This document shows, in pieces, positions 25,918 through 37,100 of a stretch of DNA of 64,000 nt. The notes below the pieces were generated by a model. The model searched no databases, was not told the origin of the DNA, and saw nothing but the letters and a program-made list of their open reading frames with translations. The stretch spans positions 144 through 64,143 of the forward strand of contig JADGQB010000001.1 of NCBI GenBank assembly GCA_017882145.1, given 5' to 3'. How positions within the stretch are numbered: position 1 is the stretch's first letter; the number at the start of each line of letters is the position of its first letter. Made by a program: the position numbers and the translations under genes. The DNA comes from Anaerolineales bacterium. Lineage in GTDB: Bacteria > Chloroflexota > Anaerolineae > Anaerolineales > Villigracilaceae.

Positions 25918-27613
25918 TAATGACCTCTATGGATTTATTTTCGCCGGATAATTGCAATCTGACTTCCGCTTCGCTTAATTCAAGCGACTGACGCATTTCC
26001 TTTACTGCTGTTTTCAAGATTGTTTCTATATCCAGTGTTTCACGCATCCTGGTTGTAATTTGACCGACCACCCGTTCCCTCTCAGCCCGTTGTTGCGCCT
26101 CTTCAACCAGGCGGGTATTCTCTAGTGCGAGGCTGACACGAGCTGCTACTGTTTCGAGCAGGGCTTTTTCATCCTCCTGCCATTTATGTGCTACATCATC
26201 ACTGTCGTAACCAATAACGCCAATGATAGCCTCGCGCAGGATAATTGGAGCTGCCAGCCGCGCACGCGCAGGTGTCCCGGTGCTGATAAAAGTTACAGAC
26301 TTCCCGTTCCGGAGCTGAACAGCGACTTCCGGGGGAAAGGTTTCATCAGCCGGGTGCACCTGGAGCCGATCGTAGGTGTATCCTATATTTTTACCTGCCC
26401 CCAGTCTTTCCCAGGCACGCTCGACATTCTTGCCAGCCAATAAACTAACCTCTTGCATACGATTTTGCAGCTCGTTAACTAAGCGAATATTTGCGATGGA
26501 AAGAGCAATTTGATCTGCGAGCATCTGCATGGTTTGTTGATCAATATGTTGTGGATCAGCAGATTCGGATTGGATATTCATCAAACCATACAAACGGCCA
26601 CTGATTGACATGGGAAAGACCAGACTCGTTTGCATGTCTGGCAGTTTTTTAGGGAGATCAATATAGTAGTTCAAATTCGCAATTTTTATTTGCAGTGCGC
26701 CGGAACCCATCGGGAGGCTGTTGGATTCGCTTCGGATAACAGTCAATTTATATCCAGCAGCAACCGAAGGTTTTCCTGCCTGGCTGAGGGATTTCTGCAG
26801 AATTGCATATTCTTCTGTCTGATCAATAATAAAAAGACCCGCGTGATCCAGATGGATCTGGTTAATTAGTAATTGCGCAGTCTGTTCAAGTAACTCTTCT
26901 TCATTATTTACCCGGCTGGTAATCTGCGATACAGAAGCAACGGTTTGCAGAGTGACGTTGCGCTGTTCCATGGCGGCGGTACGTAGTTGCAGGTCATTCT
27001 GGCTGCTTTCCAACTGAGCGTTGATCTCTTTCTCCGCCTTTTCTTCTTCGAGCGCCTTATGTGCCACAGTTGCGATGCTGTGGATCGCCAGGTTTAATAG
27101 TAAAGCGACTGCAATCAGAGCGATACTATGCGAGAGTAGTACTGAGTAGATAGGCACATTGGCATATTGGGGAAGTAATCCTTGATTCTCGGCATAGGCC
27201 AGACCTGCCCCGCCAAGGAGAGCGAGTGCTGCAAAAATGATGCTGCCTCGCATTCCCATGGTCAATCCGGCGATGAGTATGATTGCAGCAAAAGCGCCAA
27301 AACCTGTATCCCGAATACCACCATAAATAGCCACTTCCACTGAAATGGCGATCCACAGCATGGAGGTCAAAATTGCACTGGCTAATAGCGTTCGTTTCGA
27401 ATTGATCAATACCAACAGGCCGAATTCAACAAGAACGGCAACAATGGCGATTATCAACTGACCTGGAGGTGGAAAGAATATTGCATAAATCAGGAACAGG
27501 AATGTTAGCGCAAGGGTGGCCAGCAAAATAATATAAATACTGCGTGCCTGGGCTGCCTTTTCCGGATCATCCATTACGGGGGGGCTAAATAATTTCCTGA
27601 ATCTTTGTAGCAT
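25910..27613 (-). CDS. Membrane GAF-GAF signalling protein, paralog 5 (about 6 TM, coiled coil, divergent GAF, GAF-like module, truncated GAF start)
   Basis: 567 aa with a hydrophobic N-terminal third. The divergent first GAF reads QIHLDHAGLFIIDQ...ADQIALSIANIRLV. The second module ends AAPIILREAIIGVIG...LALENTRLVEE. Tail is RERVVGQITTRMRETLDIETILKTAVKEMRQSL. Confidence 0.8.
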   Translation of the reverse strand: MLQRFRKLFSPPVMDDPEKAAQARSIYIILLATLALTFLFLIYAIFFPPPGQLIIAIVAVLVEFGLLVLINSKRTLLASAILTSMLWIAISVEVAIYGGIRDTGFGAFAAIILIAGLTMGMRGSIIFAALALLGGAGLAYAENQGLLPQYANVPIYSVLLSHSIALIAVALLLNLAIHSIATVAHKALEEEKAEKEINAQLESSQNDLQLRTAAMEQRNVTLQTVASVSQITSRVNNEEELLEQTAQLLINQIHLDHAGLFIIDQTEEYAILQKSLSQAGKPSVAAGYKLTVIRSESNSLPMGSGALQIKIANLNYYIDLPKKLPDMQTSLVFPMSISGRLYGLMNIQSESADPQHIDQQTMQMLADQIALSIANIRLVNELQNRMQEVSLLAGKNVERAWERLGAGKNIGYTYDRLQVHPADETFPPEVAVQLRNGKSVTFISTGTPARARLAAPIILREAIIGVIGYDSDDVAHKWQEDEKALLETVAARVSLALENTRLVEEAQQRAERERVVGQITTRMRETLDIETILKTAVKEMRQSLELSEAEVRLQLSGENKSIEVINE

Positions 27614-27640
27614 TGATTCGCCTATTCCTTGTCCGGTCTA

Positions 27641-29554
27641 TTATTCTTTCTGTGACCCTGAATTTACCAAACCGATTTGAATGAAAGTTTTCGGCATGCC
27701 CAAAGCGTTCCCTAATTCACGAACGGTATTTTGCAGGAGCGTATCGAGGTTTGTGGATTGTTGAGCCTGGGCTGAGATAAGGTTGATCTGGCGTTCACGA
27801 GTAGCCAGGCGTTGAGCGTCTTGAACGAGGCGGGCATTTTCCAATGCAAGTGCCAGACGGTTGGCGGCTTCTTCAACGAGTCTGGCTGTCTCTGGTGAAA
27901 TTTCAGCAGTTTGGAATCTCAAGTTCAAAATTCCAAGGGTTTGCCCGCGCAACCGGATCGGAACGGCCAGTATATTGCTGTTCTTGTCAGTCTCACTCTT
28001 TATAATGCTTGCTGTCACGGTACTTTGCATTTCGAAGATGTCATCCGATGATGGTTCCGGGAGAGATTCGATCGTTACACCATCATATTGATATCCCAGC
28101 AAACCGCGGTTTCGCTCCATGAAATTCCGCCAAGTTCGGGATGTTGTTCCCTTTAGCGCCTGATCCAGTGCCGCGGCATTGTCTTTCAACCCCTGCAGGA
28201 GTTGGGTCTTTTCGATACTGATACTGATTTGATCCGCTACAACTTGCAGGATGGAAACACTGTTGTGCTCAAAGGCGTTAACCTTGTCACTTTGGATATC
28301 CAAAATACCAATGATTCGATTGGTACCCTTGAGGGGTATGGCAACTTCTGAGCGAGTGTAAGGTAAAAGCGGATTCTTTATATAAGTAGATTCGGAGGCA
28401 ATGTCGAGAATTACCCGGGTGGCACCTGCCTGAGCTACTTCACCAATAACACCTCGTTCCTTGATGCCCACCTTGTATTTCCGTTTCATCATTAAACGAC
28501 CAGCTTCTCCGCCAGCGCCTTTCAAAATGGCATTTTCGCCGTTATCGTCAATCAAATATATTCCCGTATGGTAATACCCAAATTTTTCCATAATTAGTAG
28601 TGCTGCCCGGTCCACCATACTTTCAATGTCGGGTGCTGCGGCTGTATCGCGGGCGATCAGAGAAGCAGCTTGAATTTCTGCGGTTCGGCGTTCCAAACTC
28701 GAAGTTCGTTCGGCGATGCGCTCTTCCATGTTTGTGATCAGGGACAGAAGTTGATCCGCCATGGAGAAGAAGGTATCCCGTAAGATGTGAACTTCGGAAA
28801 AATTCGTTTTAATCTCCGGCCGGTAACTGAACTCGCCATCCGAGAAGTGTTTGGCGGCGGTAGTTATGGAGGCGATTGGTTTTGACAGTTGGTTCCCTAA
28901 CAACCAGCCGACAAGTCCGACAACAGGGAGCAGAAGAATAAAGATAAGCAGAAATTGCTGCAGCACCTGACGCTCATGCGTCAATACTGTCGCGGCGGAG
29001 ATATCTGCGGCGATAATGCCTGCAAATTTGCCTTGGCTGGTATAGAATGGTGCATAAGCAGAAAGGAATGTTCCATATTCGTCTGTGTAGAAGGTTGTCT
29101 CTGCAAGAGTCTTGTTGATCGTCTTATAATTGGCTGCCAGGACAGGACCAGGGCTTGAATATCGGTCGCCGAAAGCCGAAGCTCCGGCTTCTCCAGGATT
29201 TGTTGCATCCACTACAAAATAGAGGCCTTCATTGTCATAACGCATTGTATAAACAAACCTTAAGTCTGCATCTGAAGAACGAATTCTAAGGTTTTGTAAC
29301 CTGATCGTTTGATAAGCTGGATCTTGGTCGGAGTGAACGCTAATAAAAGCATCCCCGTTTTGTTGAAGAGCGGCCACCGAAACGATATCCTCCAGCCGCT
29401 GTTGCAGTTGTGCACGAAATTGGGACCGGAAGTTGAAATAAGCAATGGCAAGGCCAATTATAAGAACAAGAGCAGTAAGGCCAATGAAGCTCAAGGAAAG
29501 CCTATTTGCGAGGTTAATCCCATGATCCTGCAATTTCTTAGTTTCGCGTTTCAC
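27641..29554 (-). CDS. Membrane GAF-GAF signalling protein, paralog 4 (TM, Cache-like, TM, HAMP, GAF, GAF-like module, truncated GAF start)
   Basis: 637 aa. GTG start at 29554 preceded by AAAGGAG. HAMP is LSKPIASITTAAKHFSDGEF.... GAF has KFGYYHTGIYLIDD and NPLLPYTRSEVAIPL. Tail is RERQINLISAQAQQSTNLDTLLQNTVRELGNAL. Confidence 0.85.
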   Translation of the reverse strand: MKRETKKLQDHGINLANRLSLSFIGLTALVLIIGLAIAYFNFRSQFRAQLQQRLEDIVSVAALQQNGDAFISVHSDQDPAYQTIRLQNLRIRSSDADLRFVYTMRYDNEGLYFVVDATNPGEAGASAFGDRYSSPGPVLAANYKTINKTLAETTFYTDEYGTFLSAYAPFYTSQGKFAGIIAADISAATVLTHERQVLQQFLLIFILLLPVVGLVGWLLGNQLSKPIASITTAAKHFSDGEFSYRPEIKTNFSEVHILRDTFFSMADQLLSLITNMEERIAERTSSLERRTAEIQAASLIARDTAAAPDIESMVDRAALLIMEKFGYYHTGIYLIDDNGENAILKGAGGEAGRLMMKRKYKVGIKERGVIGEVAQAGATRVILDIASESTYIKNPLLPYTRSEVAIPLKGTNRIIGILDIQSDKVNAFEHNSVSILQVVADQISISIEKTQLLQGLKDNAAALDQALKGTTSRTWRNFMERNRGLLGYQYDGVTIESLPEPSSDDIFEMQSTVTASIIKSETDKNSNILAVPIRLRGQTLGILNLRFQTAEISPETARLVEEAANRLALALENARLVQDAQRLATRERQINLISAQAQQSTNLDTLLQNTVRELGNALGMPKTFIQIGLVNSGSQKE

Positions 29555-29671
29555 TTCCGAGCTCCTTTATTATTACAACGATCAGTGATCAGCGATTGTT
29601 GCAATATTTCACGAAATTTGGTCATTTTATTGATTGCCACTTCGATCTCGAGTTGGTTTACTTTCGAACAC

Positions 29672-32149
29672 TTAGGAAGACTTCGAACTCACGTCTTTCG
29701 AAGCTTGCGGGGAAGAGATATAAGCAGATACTTCTGCGACATTAGGCAACTGGTGTAATTCTCGAATAGCGGTTTGTAGAATGGTTTCCGGATCAAGCGA
29801 GCTGCCCAGATTCGCCGTCAGCTTACTCAAGGATTGTTCCTGAGCTGCGCGCCGTTGGGCTTCATCAAGCAGACGGGCATTTTCAAGCGCCAAGCCGACC
29901 TGGCTGGCAATTTCCAGGGCCAGGGCACGGTCTGTTTCATTCCAGGTTTTTTCTGTCTTGCGCTGTAAAACAATCGTTCCAAGAGTCTGGCCGCGCAGTG
30001 TAATGGGAATATTCAGCCGATCTGAGGATGTATCACCATTGGTCGGCATATTCCCTGGCTGAGTTGCGGAGGTAAATCCCATGGAAGTGTACCTGTAGGA
30101 GTGCTTGTTTAGGCGAACGCGCTCCCTCCATACCTGGCGGATATTTTCTGACGTACTCATTTCAAGCCGCTGGATCGCGTCCTGACTTTCTGTTAGCAAG
30201 CGAGCATTTTGAATTGCCAACCCGATTTGATCTGCCATCGTCTGCAACACATCGATATCATCCTGATGGAACGCCGATGGCTGTGTTGATTGGATATCCA
30301 GAATACCGAGAACATTTCCGCGCGCCTTCAAAGGAATGGCTGCCTCAGAACGGGTTAACGGCAAGTCGGGGTTATGATAATAATTTGGATCGTTTTCAAC
30401 ATCCATGACCACTTGAGAACGATTCTGGTAGGCTGATGTGCCGACGATACCTTGTAAACCAACTACAAGTCTGTGTCCACGGGCCAGCATCTTTTGTCCG
30501 CCTTCGGAAGAGGCTGCCTGTAGTACAGCATGTTCTCCGGAATCATCCAAAAGGAAAATGCCGACATGATAAAAGTCGAAACGATTCGTGATCAAATCAA
30601 CAGTACGGGTTAACAGCGTCTTAAGATCCTGGGTTTCTGCAGCATCATGCGCAACCAGGGCGGCAGACTGAAGGGAGAGAGTCTTTCGAAGCAGATCGTT
30701 GGTGCGATCCTCCACTTGTTGCTCAAGTGATTGGATCATGCTCCTCATGGATGCCGTCATTGTGTTGATTGCTTTTGCAAGTTTTCCCACCTCATCCCGG
30801 CCACGAATTCCGGCTTCAGCGGAAAGATCCCCTTCTGTAATTGCTTCAGCCGTTTTGGTAAGGGCTATCAGGGGGGATGTGAGACTGTTACCAATCAGGA
30901 GGGTGGCGATTAATGCCACTACCAGGATTGCAACCACCAATAACAGGCTGCGCGTCAGCGTGCTGGTTGTCTGCAGGGCAATCTGTTGTTTGGCAGCGAT
31001 CGCATTCGCTAAAAGCTCATTCGAAGGAGCAATAATTACAAGCCCGTACCCTATGGCCGGGATGGGATCATACGAAACAAAACGTTCGACGCCTCCAAAA
31101 GATAAGGTGTCGATGCCACTTTTTCCGGAAGCGGTTTTATCAAATACACTGAACAAGCTTGCCGGGATACCTGAGGGTTTCGTGGGGTCCAAAACTTCGC
31201 CGAGTGGCACTGTTTCAGGAGTAAGGCCCAGATCCTTATAACCGGCGGCAGGCATTGCGATCAATCGCTTATTTTTATCAATCAAAATGGCATAACCGGT
31301 CTTTCCAACCTGGATGTTGGATACCAGCTCGGTAATTCTATTAAGCTGGATGTCCATAGCGGTTACGCCACGGAAGTTGCCTCCCGAATCAAACACTGGC
31401 GCACTGGTAGTTACGATCAGTCCATGAAGCGCTGCATCAAGGTAAGGATCAGACCACACCGATTTTCTTTGTGGGTTTTGCGCCGGCGAGGCCTTCAAAA
31501 ACCAGGGCCGGCTGGTTACATCGAAATCAGGAGGAACGATTGCCGCCAGATCGATATTGGGATAATAGATGGTCTCACCCGACGTGCCGCCGAAGTAAAT
31601 GGCGACCGTATCCGGATTCTGTTTAAGAATAATTGGTACTGTCAGATCCAGTTGCTTGATCGTATCCAGCTCAACAGCCAGGTCAGGTTTAAGTTCTACT
31701 TTGGCAGGAACAAAGACCGAACTAATTTCAGAATTTAAATTATCCCAGGATCCATTCGGCAGGCGTTCCAGTGCCATGAATGCATTCCAATATGAGACGT
31801 TATTCAGAGTCGATTCATCCGTAAGCAGATTCGATGCCGTTGTACCGATTGTGGTGATGTCCCGGCTCATTAAAACGAAGAAGTTATTCAATTCCATTGC
31901 GCGGGCGGTACTAATATTGGTCAATCCATCTTGAGCTTGTTGAAGTACATTTTTTTCCAGCTGGCCCGTAAGGTATGTGTTTGCCTGGTTTGTGCGTGAG
32001 TACACATAATAGCCCGTTCCCACGATCGCCAAAGCGAGTACAAGCATATTGCCGAGGATTAGTTTGGCGCGTAAGCTAAGCGATCCCAAAAACGCAGGTC
32101 TTTTAGCGACAGATTTGGTAGGCAGCGGATTATTATTCATATTACCCAT
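29672..32149 (-). CDS. Membrane GAF-GAF signalling protein, paralog 3 (TM, double-Cache-like, TM, HAMP, GAF, GAF-like module, truncated GAF start)
   Basis: 825 aa with a ~350 aa extracytoplasmic region that has Cache-like features (RPWFLKA..., DPYLDA..., VTTSAPVF). HAMP is LTSPLIALTKTAEAITEGDL...DEVGKLAKAINTM. GAF has RFDFYHVGIFLLDD and NPDLPLTRSEAAIPL. Tail is QEQSLSKLTANLGSSLDPETILQTAIRELHQL. Confidence 0.85.
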   Translation of the reverse strand: MGNMNNNPLPTKSVAKRPAFLGSLSLRAKLILGNMLVLALAIVGTGYYVYSRTNQANTYLTGQLEKNVLQQAQDGLTNISTARAMELNNFFVLMSRDITTIGTTASNLLTDESTLNNVSYWNAFMALERLPNGSWDNLNSEISSVFVPAKVELKPDLAVELDTIKQLDLTVPIILKQNPDTVAIYFGGTSGETIYYPNIDLAAIVPPDFDVTSRPWFLKASPAQNPQRKSVWSDPYLDAALHGLIVTTSAPVFDSGGNFRGVTAMDIQLNRITELVSNIQVGKTGYAILIDKNKRLIAMPAAGYKDLGLTPETVPLGEVLDPTKPSGIPASLFSVFDKTASGKSGIDTLSFGGVERFVSYDPIPAIGYGLVIIAPSNELLANAIAAKQQIALQTTSTLTRSLLLVVAILVVALIATLLIGNSLTSPLIALTKTAEAITEGDLSAEAGIRGRDEVGKLAKAINTMTASMRSMIQSLEQQVEDRTNDLLRKTLSLQSAALVAHDAAETQDLKTLLTRTVDLITNRFDFYHVGIFLLDDSGEHAVLQAASSEGGQKMLARGHRLVVGLQGIVGTSAYQNRSQVVMDVENDPNYYHNPDLPLTRSEAAIPLKARGNVLGILDIQSTQPSAFHQDDIDVLQTMADQIGLAIQNARLLTESQDAIQRLEMSTSENIRQVWRERVRLNKHSYRYTSMGFTSATQPGNMPTNGDTSSDRLNIPITLRGQTLGTIVLQRKTEKTWNETDRALALEIASQVGLALENARLLDEAQRRAAQEQSLSKLTANLGSSLDPETILQTAIRELHQLPNVAEVSAYISSPQASKDVSSKSS

Positions 32150-32152
32150 TTA

Positions 32153-34084
32153 TCAGTCTGGTTTCAGCTCGACCGTAGCTTCATCGGCATGAAGTGCACG
32201 GCCGAGTTCCTTAATGGCAGTTTGAAGAATTAGATCTGTGTTGGGAGAGGACCATACTTTTCCGATGATCTCGGCTGCCACGCGTTCCCGCAGGGCTGTT
32301 TGGCGGCTTTCCTCGAGCAGGCGGGCATTTTCCATAGCCAGAGCTGCCTGGGTAGCCACAGCTTCCACCAGACTGTGCTCTTCAGGTGTCCAGTCCTGTT
32401 GACCCTCGAGATGCAATTGTCCAATGATTTGTTCACGAAGGGTCAAAGGAACATCGATCATGGATAGCTCTTCACTCGAGATAATCGTTTCCGGCGATGT
32501 GTAATCATATCCTTCGCTTTCCCGCGTAGTTTCGAACCATGTTCTGGCTACATATTCCTTCTGGACAATGCGCAAATCCTCGAGGCTTTTTTGTGTTTCG
32601 CGGAATAAGCGGGCATTATCCAGGGCTGTAGCAACGCTATTTGCCATACCTTGAAGAGTATCAATATCTTGTTCGGTAAATGCGGCTTCCTGAATGGATT
32701 GCACATCCAGAACGCCGATGATCCGTCCGGTAATTGTCAAGGGCAGGGCGATCTCTGAGCGTGTATCCGGAAGAAGTGGGTTTTCAAAACGGACCGGCTC
32801 CGCACCAACATCCAGGGCGATGCGGGCTTGGCGTGTGGCGATGGCTGTGCCGACCATGCTTTTTCCGCCCAACGGGAGCCGGTGGCCGCGTGATTTCAAT
32901 GTCTGACCGGCAGACCCGGTCGCGTCCTTAAGAACTGCCCATTGTCCAGATTCATCTATCAGGAAAATAGCGGAATAGTAATAGCCAAAACGGTCGCTAA
33001 TCAGGTTCACTACTTTTGTGATGAGTTCGTCAGGATCGAGAATGGTACTTGCGACCCCGCTCACTTCAATTGTGGCTTTTAGCTGATCGGTCCGTTTTGC
33101 TACTTCGCTTTCCAGGGTTCCCTGTAAATTGTCCAGTCTGGTGATCATCCGGTTAAAGTGCACGGCCAACTCGCCGACTTCGTCGGTCGCGTTGACCGTA
33201 GTGCGCTGCTTTAGATCCCCGTTTTCGACCTTGTCCAACACCGCGATGATTTGGTGAATTGGATCGGACACACCACGTGAAAGCAGGAGCGAGAGCAGGA
33301 ATCCAAGCACCAAAGCTACGACTGCAGCAACCAGAATTTGGTATTGAAGACTTCGCAAAGCGCCTTGCGTTCCAATCAAGCCGTTGACCAATACAGTAAT
33401 GGTACTGTGATAGCCAACAGGTGCCACCAGGAGAACGCTTACGAGAATCAAGATAAAAATAACCACCAACAATTTAGTCAGGATTCTCGCCCCTTTGGAA
33501 CCAGACAGCTGTCTCTCAAATTCCTGAGGGATGAGGAGTGCCCTGGCAGGGGCTAACAAGCGATCGATCAATAATACGCCCAGAGCGATAATGACGGAAA
33601 CAGAGACAATTGCTCCCATTAAAACGTACAGGAGTTGATTTGTGGAAGCTTTCAGGCTGAGACTCATAAACCCAAGCAAAGGCAGGATTTCTACAACAAT
33701 TGCCACCACCATTGAGGCGATGCCATATCTCCACCCACAAGCAGTGACCTGTTTCCAAGCCTGAAGTTCTTTTTCTTCTTCCAGATCAGATGGTTGAAGG
33801 CCTTCCAACAGCTTTACCAGCCGGATACGCACCTGCCGGTAGGTAAAATGGATCCAAAGAAGAAGGATAATATTTCCGAGTACAATCATGCCGGCAGTGA
33901 AAAAACCAGCCTGCCTGAATTGTTGTCCGGTAAATTCGGCATTCGATTGTACAAAAAATGCAACCGGAATGACTAATAGATTTGGAATCAGTTGGGCGAA
34001 GAGAACAACCAAAACCAGGAAGAATCCTTTGGTTTTGAGCAGGATTCGTCCCAGGAGGGTAGCGGACAGATTGGTTTTGTCCAT
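32153..34084 (-). CDS. Membrane GAF-GAF signalling protein, paralog 2 (multi-TM, HAMP, GAF, GAF-like module, truncated GAF start)
   Basis: 643 aa. HAMP is VSDPIHQIIAVLDKVENGDL...DEVGELAVHFNRM. GAF has RFGYYYSAIFLIDE and NPLLPDTRSEIALPL. Tail is RERVAAEIIGKVWSSPNTDLILQTAIKELGRAL. There is only a 3 nt gap to the next gene. Confidence 0.85.
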   Translation of the reverse strand: MDKTNLSATLLGRILLKTKGFFLVLVVLFAQLIPNLLVIPVAFFVQSNAEFTGQQFRQAGFFTAGMIVLGNIILLLWIHFTYRQVRIRLVKLLEGLQPSDLEEEKELQAWKQVTACGWRYGIASMVVAIVVEILPLLGFMSLSLKASTNQLLYVLMGAIVSVSVIIALGVLLIDRLLAPARALLIPQEFERQLSGSKGARILTKLLVVIFILILVSVLLVAPVGYHSTITVLVNGLIGTQGALRSLQYQILVAAVVALVLGFLLSLLLSRGVSDPIHQIIAVLDKVENGDLKQRTTVNATDEVGELAVHFNRMITRLDNLQGTLESEVAKRTDQLKATIEVSGVASTILDPDELITKVVNLISDRFGYYYSAIFLIDESGQWAVLKDATGSAGQTLKSRGHRLPLGGKSMVGTAIATRQARIALDVGAEPVRFENPLLPDTRSEIALPLTITGRIIGVLDVQSIQEAAFTEQDIDTLQGMANSVATALDNARLFRETQKSLEDLRIVQKEYVARTWFETTRESEGYDYTSPETIISSEELSMIDVPLTLREQIIGQLHLEGQQDWTPEEHSLVEAVATQAALAMENARLLEESRQTALRERVAAEIIGKVWSSPNTDLILQTAIKELGRALHADEATVELKPD

Positions 34085-34104
34085 AAGGTATTTCCTCTCA
34101 GCCT

Positions 34105-37100
34105 CTACTCTGAACTCGAACGAGACTCAGTTGTGGATTCTTCAATTTCGAGAGTGATTTGTGCACGTCGTGCACCGAGAACTTTGCTTAATTCGCTGGT
34201 GGTGGTGGCCATGATCGTTTGCATATCCGTGGAACGGCGGATCTTACTGGTCACTTCATAGAGCATTCGTTCGTGATCCACCTGACGACGAACCTGCTCG
34301 ATCAGGCGGGCATTGGAAATAATGGCTGCGAGACTGCCGCCCAAAGTACCCAGCAATTCCTCGTCATTTTCGTTATAGGCGCTCACCTGGTCGCTCTCAA
34401 CGTTCAAGACGCCCAGCAAGTCTCCACGATACGAAAGCGGAATTGCCAATTCAGAGCGTATATTGGATCCAACCTGGATGTAACGAGAATCCAGCGTGAC
34501 ATCATTAATCCGCTGAGGCAGTTGATGGACGGCAACCCATCCCGTGATACCTGCCCCGAAGGGGACTTCAAGTTTCCCAATTTCTTCGGAGTACCCTGCA
34601 AAGGAACTGACCTTCAGGGTCTTCTTCGCTTTATCAGCCAATAAAATCGAAACACGATCCCCACCCAAAGTCACCTGCAAGCCTTGCGTGGCACTATTCA
34701 AGGATTCCTCAAGCGTAGTTCCGGATGCGGCAGCGGTGGTAACATGGTGCAGTAGGCGGTGTTGGGAAAGGTGCTCTTGTGTATCCGCGAACAACTCTGA
34801 GTTGATCACTGCAATCGCCATTTGGTCTGCCAGGATGCGCAATATACGGATATCTTCTTCCGCGAAGGAATAAGCCCGGGTACTCTGAACATCCAGGGCT
34901 CCGAGGATACGCTGTCCCACTTTTAGGGGAATAGCAGCCTCAGCATGGGTTTCAGGCAAAAGCGGGTTGGCATAATAAGTTGCATCCCGGCTTGTATCGT
35001 TGACGATGAGCGCTTCACCGCTGCCGGTGACGTAGCCTACGATGGATTTGGATCCAACCTTTAATTTATGACCTGCACGTTTCATCTGCTTGCCGGCCTC
35101 GCCAGTGGCCTCACGAATGGTTGCGTACTCGTTAGTCTGGTCGAGCATAAACACGGCCGCGTGATAGAAATTGAACCGCTCGTAAATCAGTTTAACTGCT
35201 TTATTGAGCAGCTCACCCAGGTCGAGCGAACCTGATATATCCCGGGCGACTTCTGCTGCAGTCTGAAGTTGAATAGCGCGGGCACTCATTTGATCCAGAA
35301 GGCGTCCATTGTAGATCGCGGCCGCGACCTGGATCGCGAAGCTGGTCAGTAGTTGCAAGTCGCTTTCATCGAAGGCGTGTTCATTTTCCACATCTTGGAC
35401 AATCAGAGCTCCGATTGCCTCATCAGCAACGATCAAAGGCGTGCCGAGCCAGGATTTGGCCGGCTTACCCGCAATTTTAGCCCCGAGGGCAGCTGCCCGA
35501 TTCTCTGTATCTTCAACCAACAATAAAGGCTGCTTGGTACGTATTAAGATGGAAGTCAATCCCTCTCCAAGGGGGAATGTGTCTATGCTTGTAACATCGC
35601 CACCTTCAAATCCCTTTTCATACATATACGGGATGGATATCGAGCTGGTATTGGCGGTGTAGATTGCCACCAGGAAATTTACGTCTCCCATTAACAAGCG
35701 GATACGGGAATGCAAAGTGGTATAGATAGTATTTAAATCTCGAATGGAAGATATTTCTTTACCAATAGAAATGATGGTCTCCATCTCTGCAAGACGGCGC
35801 TCCACCTTTTGTAAAGTATTCAGACGTTCAATGGATGAAGTTAGCAGATCGGCGACATGCGTATATGCTTGAACCATCTCCGGTAGAATAGGTTGTTCTC
35901 TACGCGACCCGACGATCAATAATGTTGTGATTTCCTCTTTGCGCATTACTGGAACAAAGGCTACGGATTGGAATAGCGCCTGTTCGATGATCTTAAGTAG
36001 TGCGGATTGCAGCAAGGGCAGTTTACCGGTTTCTCCCCCAATAAATTTGTTCAACTCTGGATGAAATTGGGCATAGTGGAGGGAAGAGAGTTTGCTTACT
36101 TCGGCGACCAACGTTTTATTTGCAAGTTGCTCGGATACTTCTTTGGGCGAAAGATCCAGCCACTCCGGTAAACCAAGGATTCCACCACTTTGGTCTGGAT
36201 CCACGCTGGTAACAACCCGGAAATTATTCTTCTCAGACAACATAAAGATCGCACCAGAGTTCGTCTGTTGGAACACACTCTGGGTGACATTAAATACTTC
36301 TCCAATATTCGATGAGTTCGAGATATCTCCGGCAAGTTCGGCAACTGTTTGCAATTGGGTATTAATTGTGCCCATTTCTGTAATCCGATGCTCGGTCGCT
36401 TGATTATCACGAATGCGGTCAAGTGAGACAGCAACTTGCTTGGCTAAATTGCTATAAGGCTGCATGCTGGTAGTATTTAATGGTTCCCTGGTCTGGGTGC
36501 CGATTAAAAAGACCGCAGCAAGCGACTCGGTGCATTTTACGGGGATGACTGCCACGCTGAAAATCTGGATCTGTTGAAGGGAACGGACCAGGTTGTAGGG
36601 CAAGGAACTTAACCGATTGCCTTCGCCGATAAACAGGTTAGATCCCAGGTATGGTCCAATCTCATCGATGGAAATTGCGATCGATTCGGGCAATTTTTGG
36701 CCGCCCGACAGTTCCAGATCCGTTTTTGCCGCAGCTTTAAGCTCATTCCCCTCAGGGATCAGGTACAAGGCGACGTACGGAATTCTGGGAAAGAGTTCCT
36801 GCATTATTTGGCAGATATCAATTTCGGTTTTCGCCTGGGCAACTTTAAATCCAGCCTGGTATACCTCCGCAACTTCTTGAATGCTACCTTTTTCGGCTTC
36901 GAATTGGTACACATTCTGGATGGAGGTTGCAATTTGGCTGGCCAGCATTTGAAGTACGACAATGATTTCATTGTCAAAGGCAGTCGTCCGGGTGCTTTGT
37001 AAATCCAATACACCCAGTAAACTATCTCCTCCCAGGATGGGTATTGCCAACTCAGACTGATTTCCAGGCAGAAGTTCCGCCTCCAATTGGAGCGGATCCC

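Noticed and set aside
29580-29590. The perfect palindrome GATCAGTGATC in the 117-nt gap between two receptor genes, as a possible operator
   Set aside because: It is only 11 nt, occurs once, and has no second half-site or matching site elsewhere that I could find. It is too short to separate from chance, although the gap may still hold an internal promoter.
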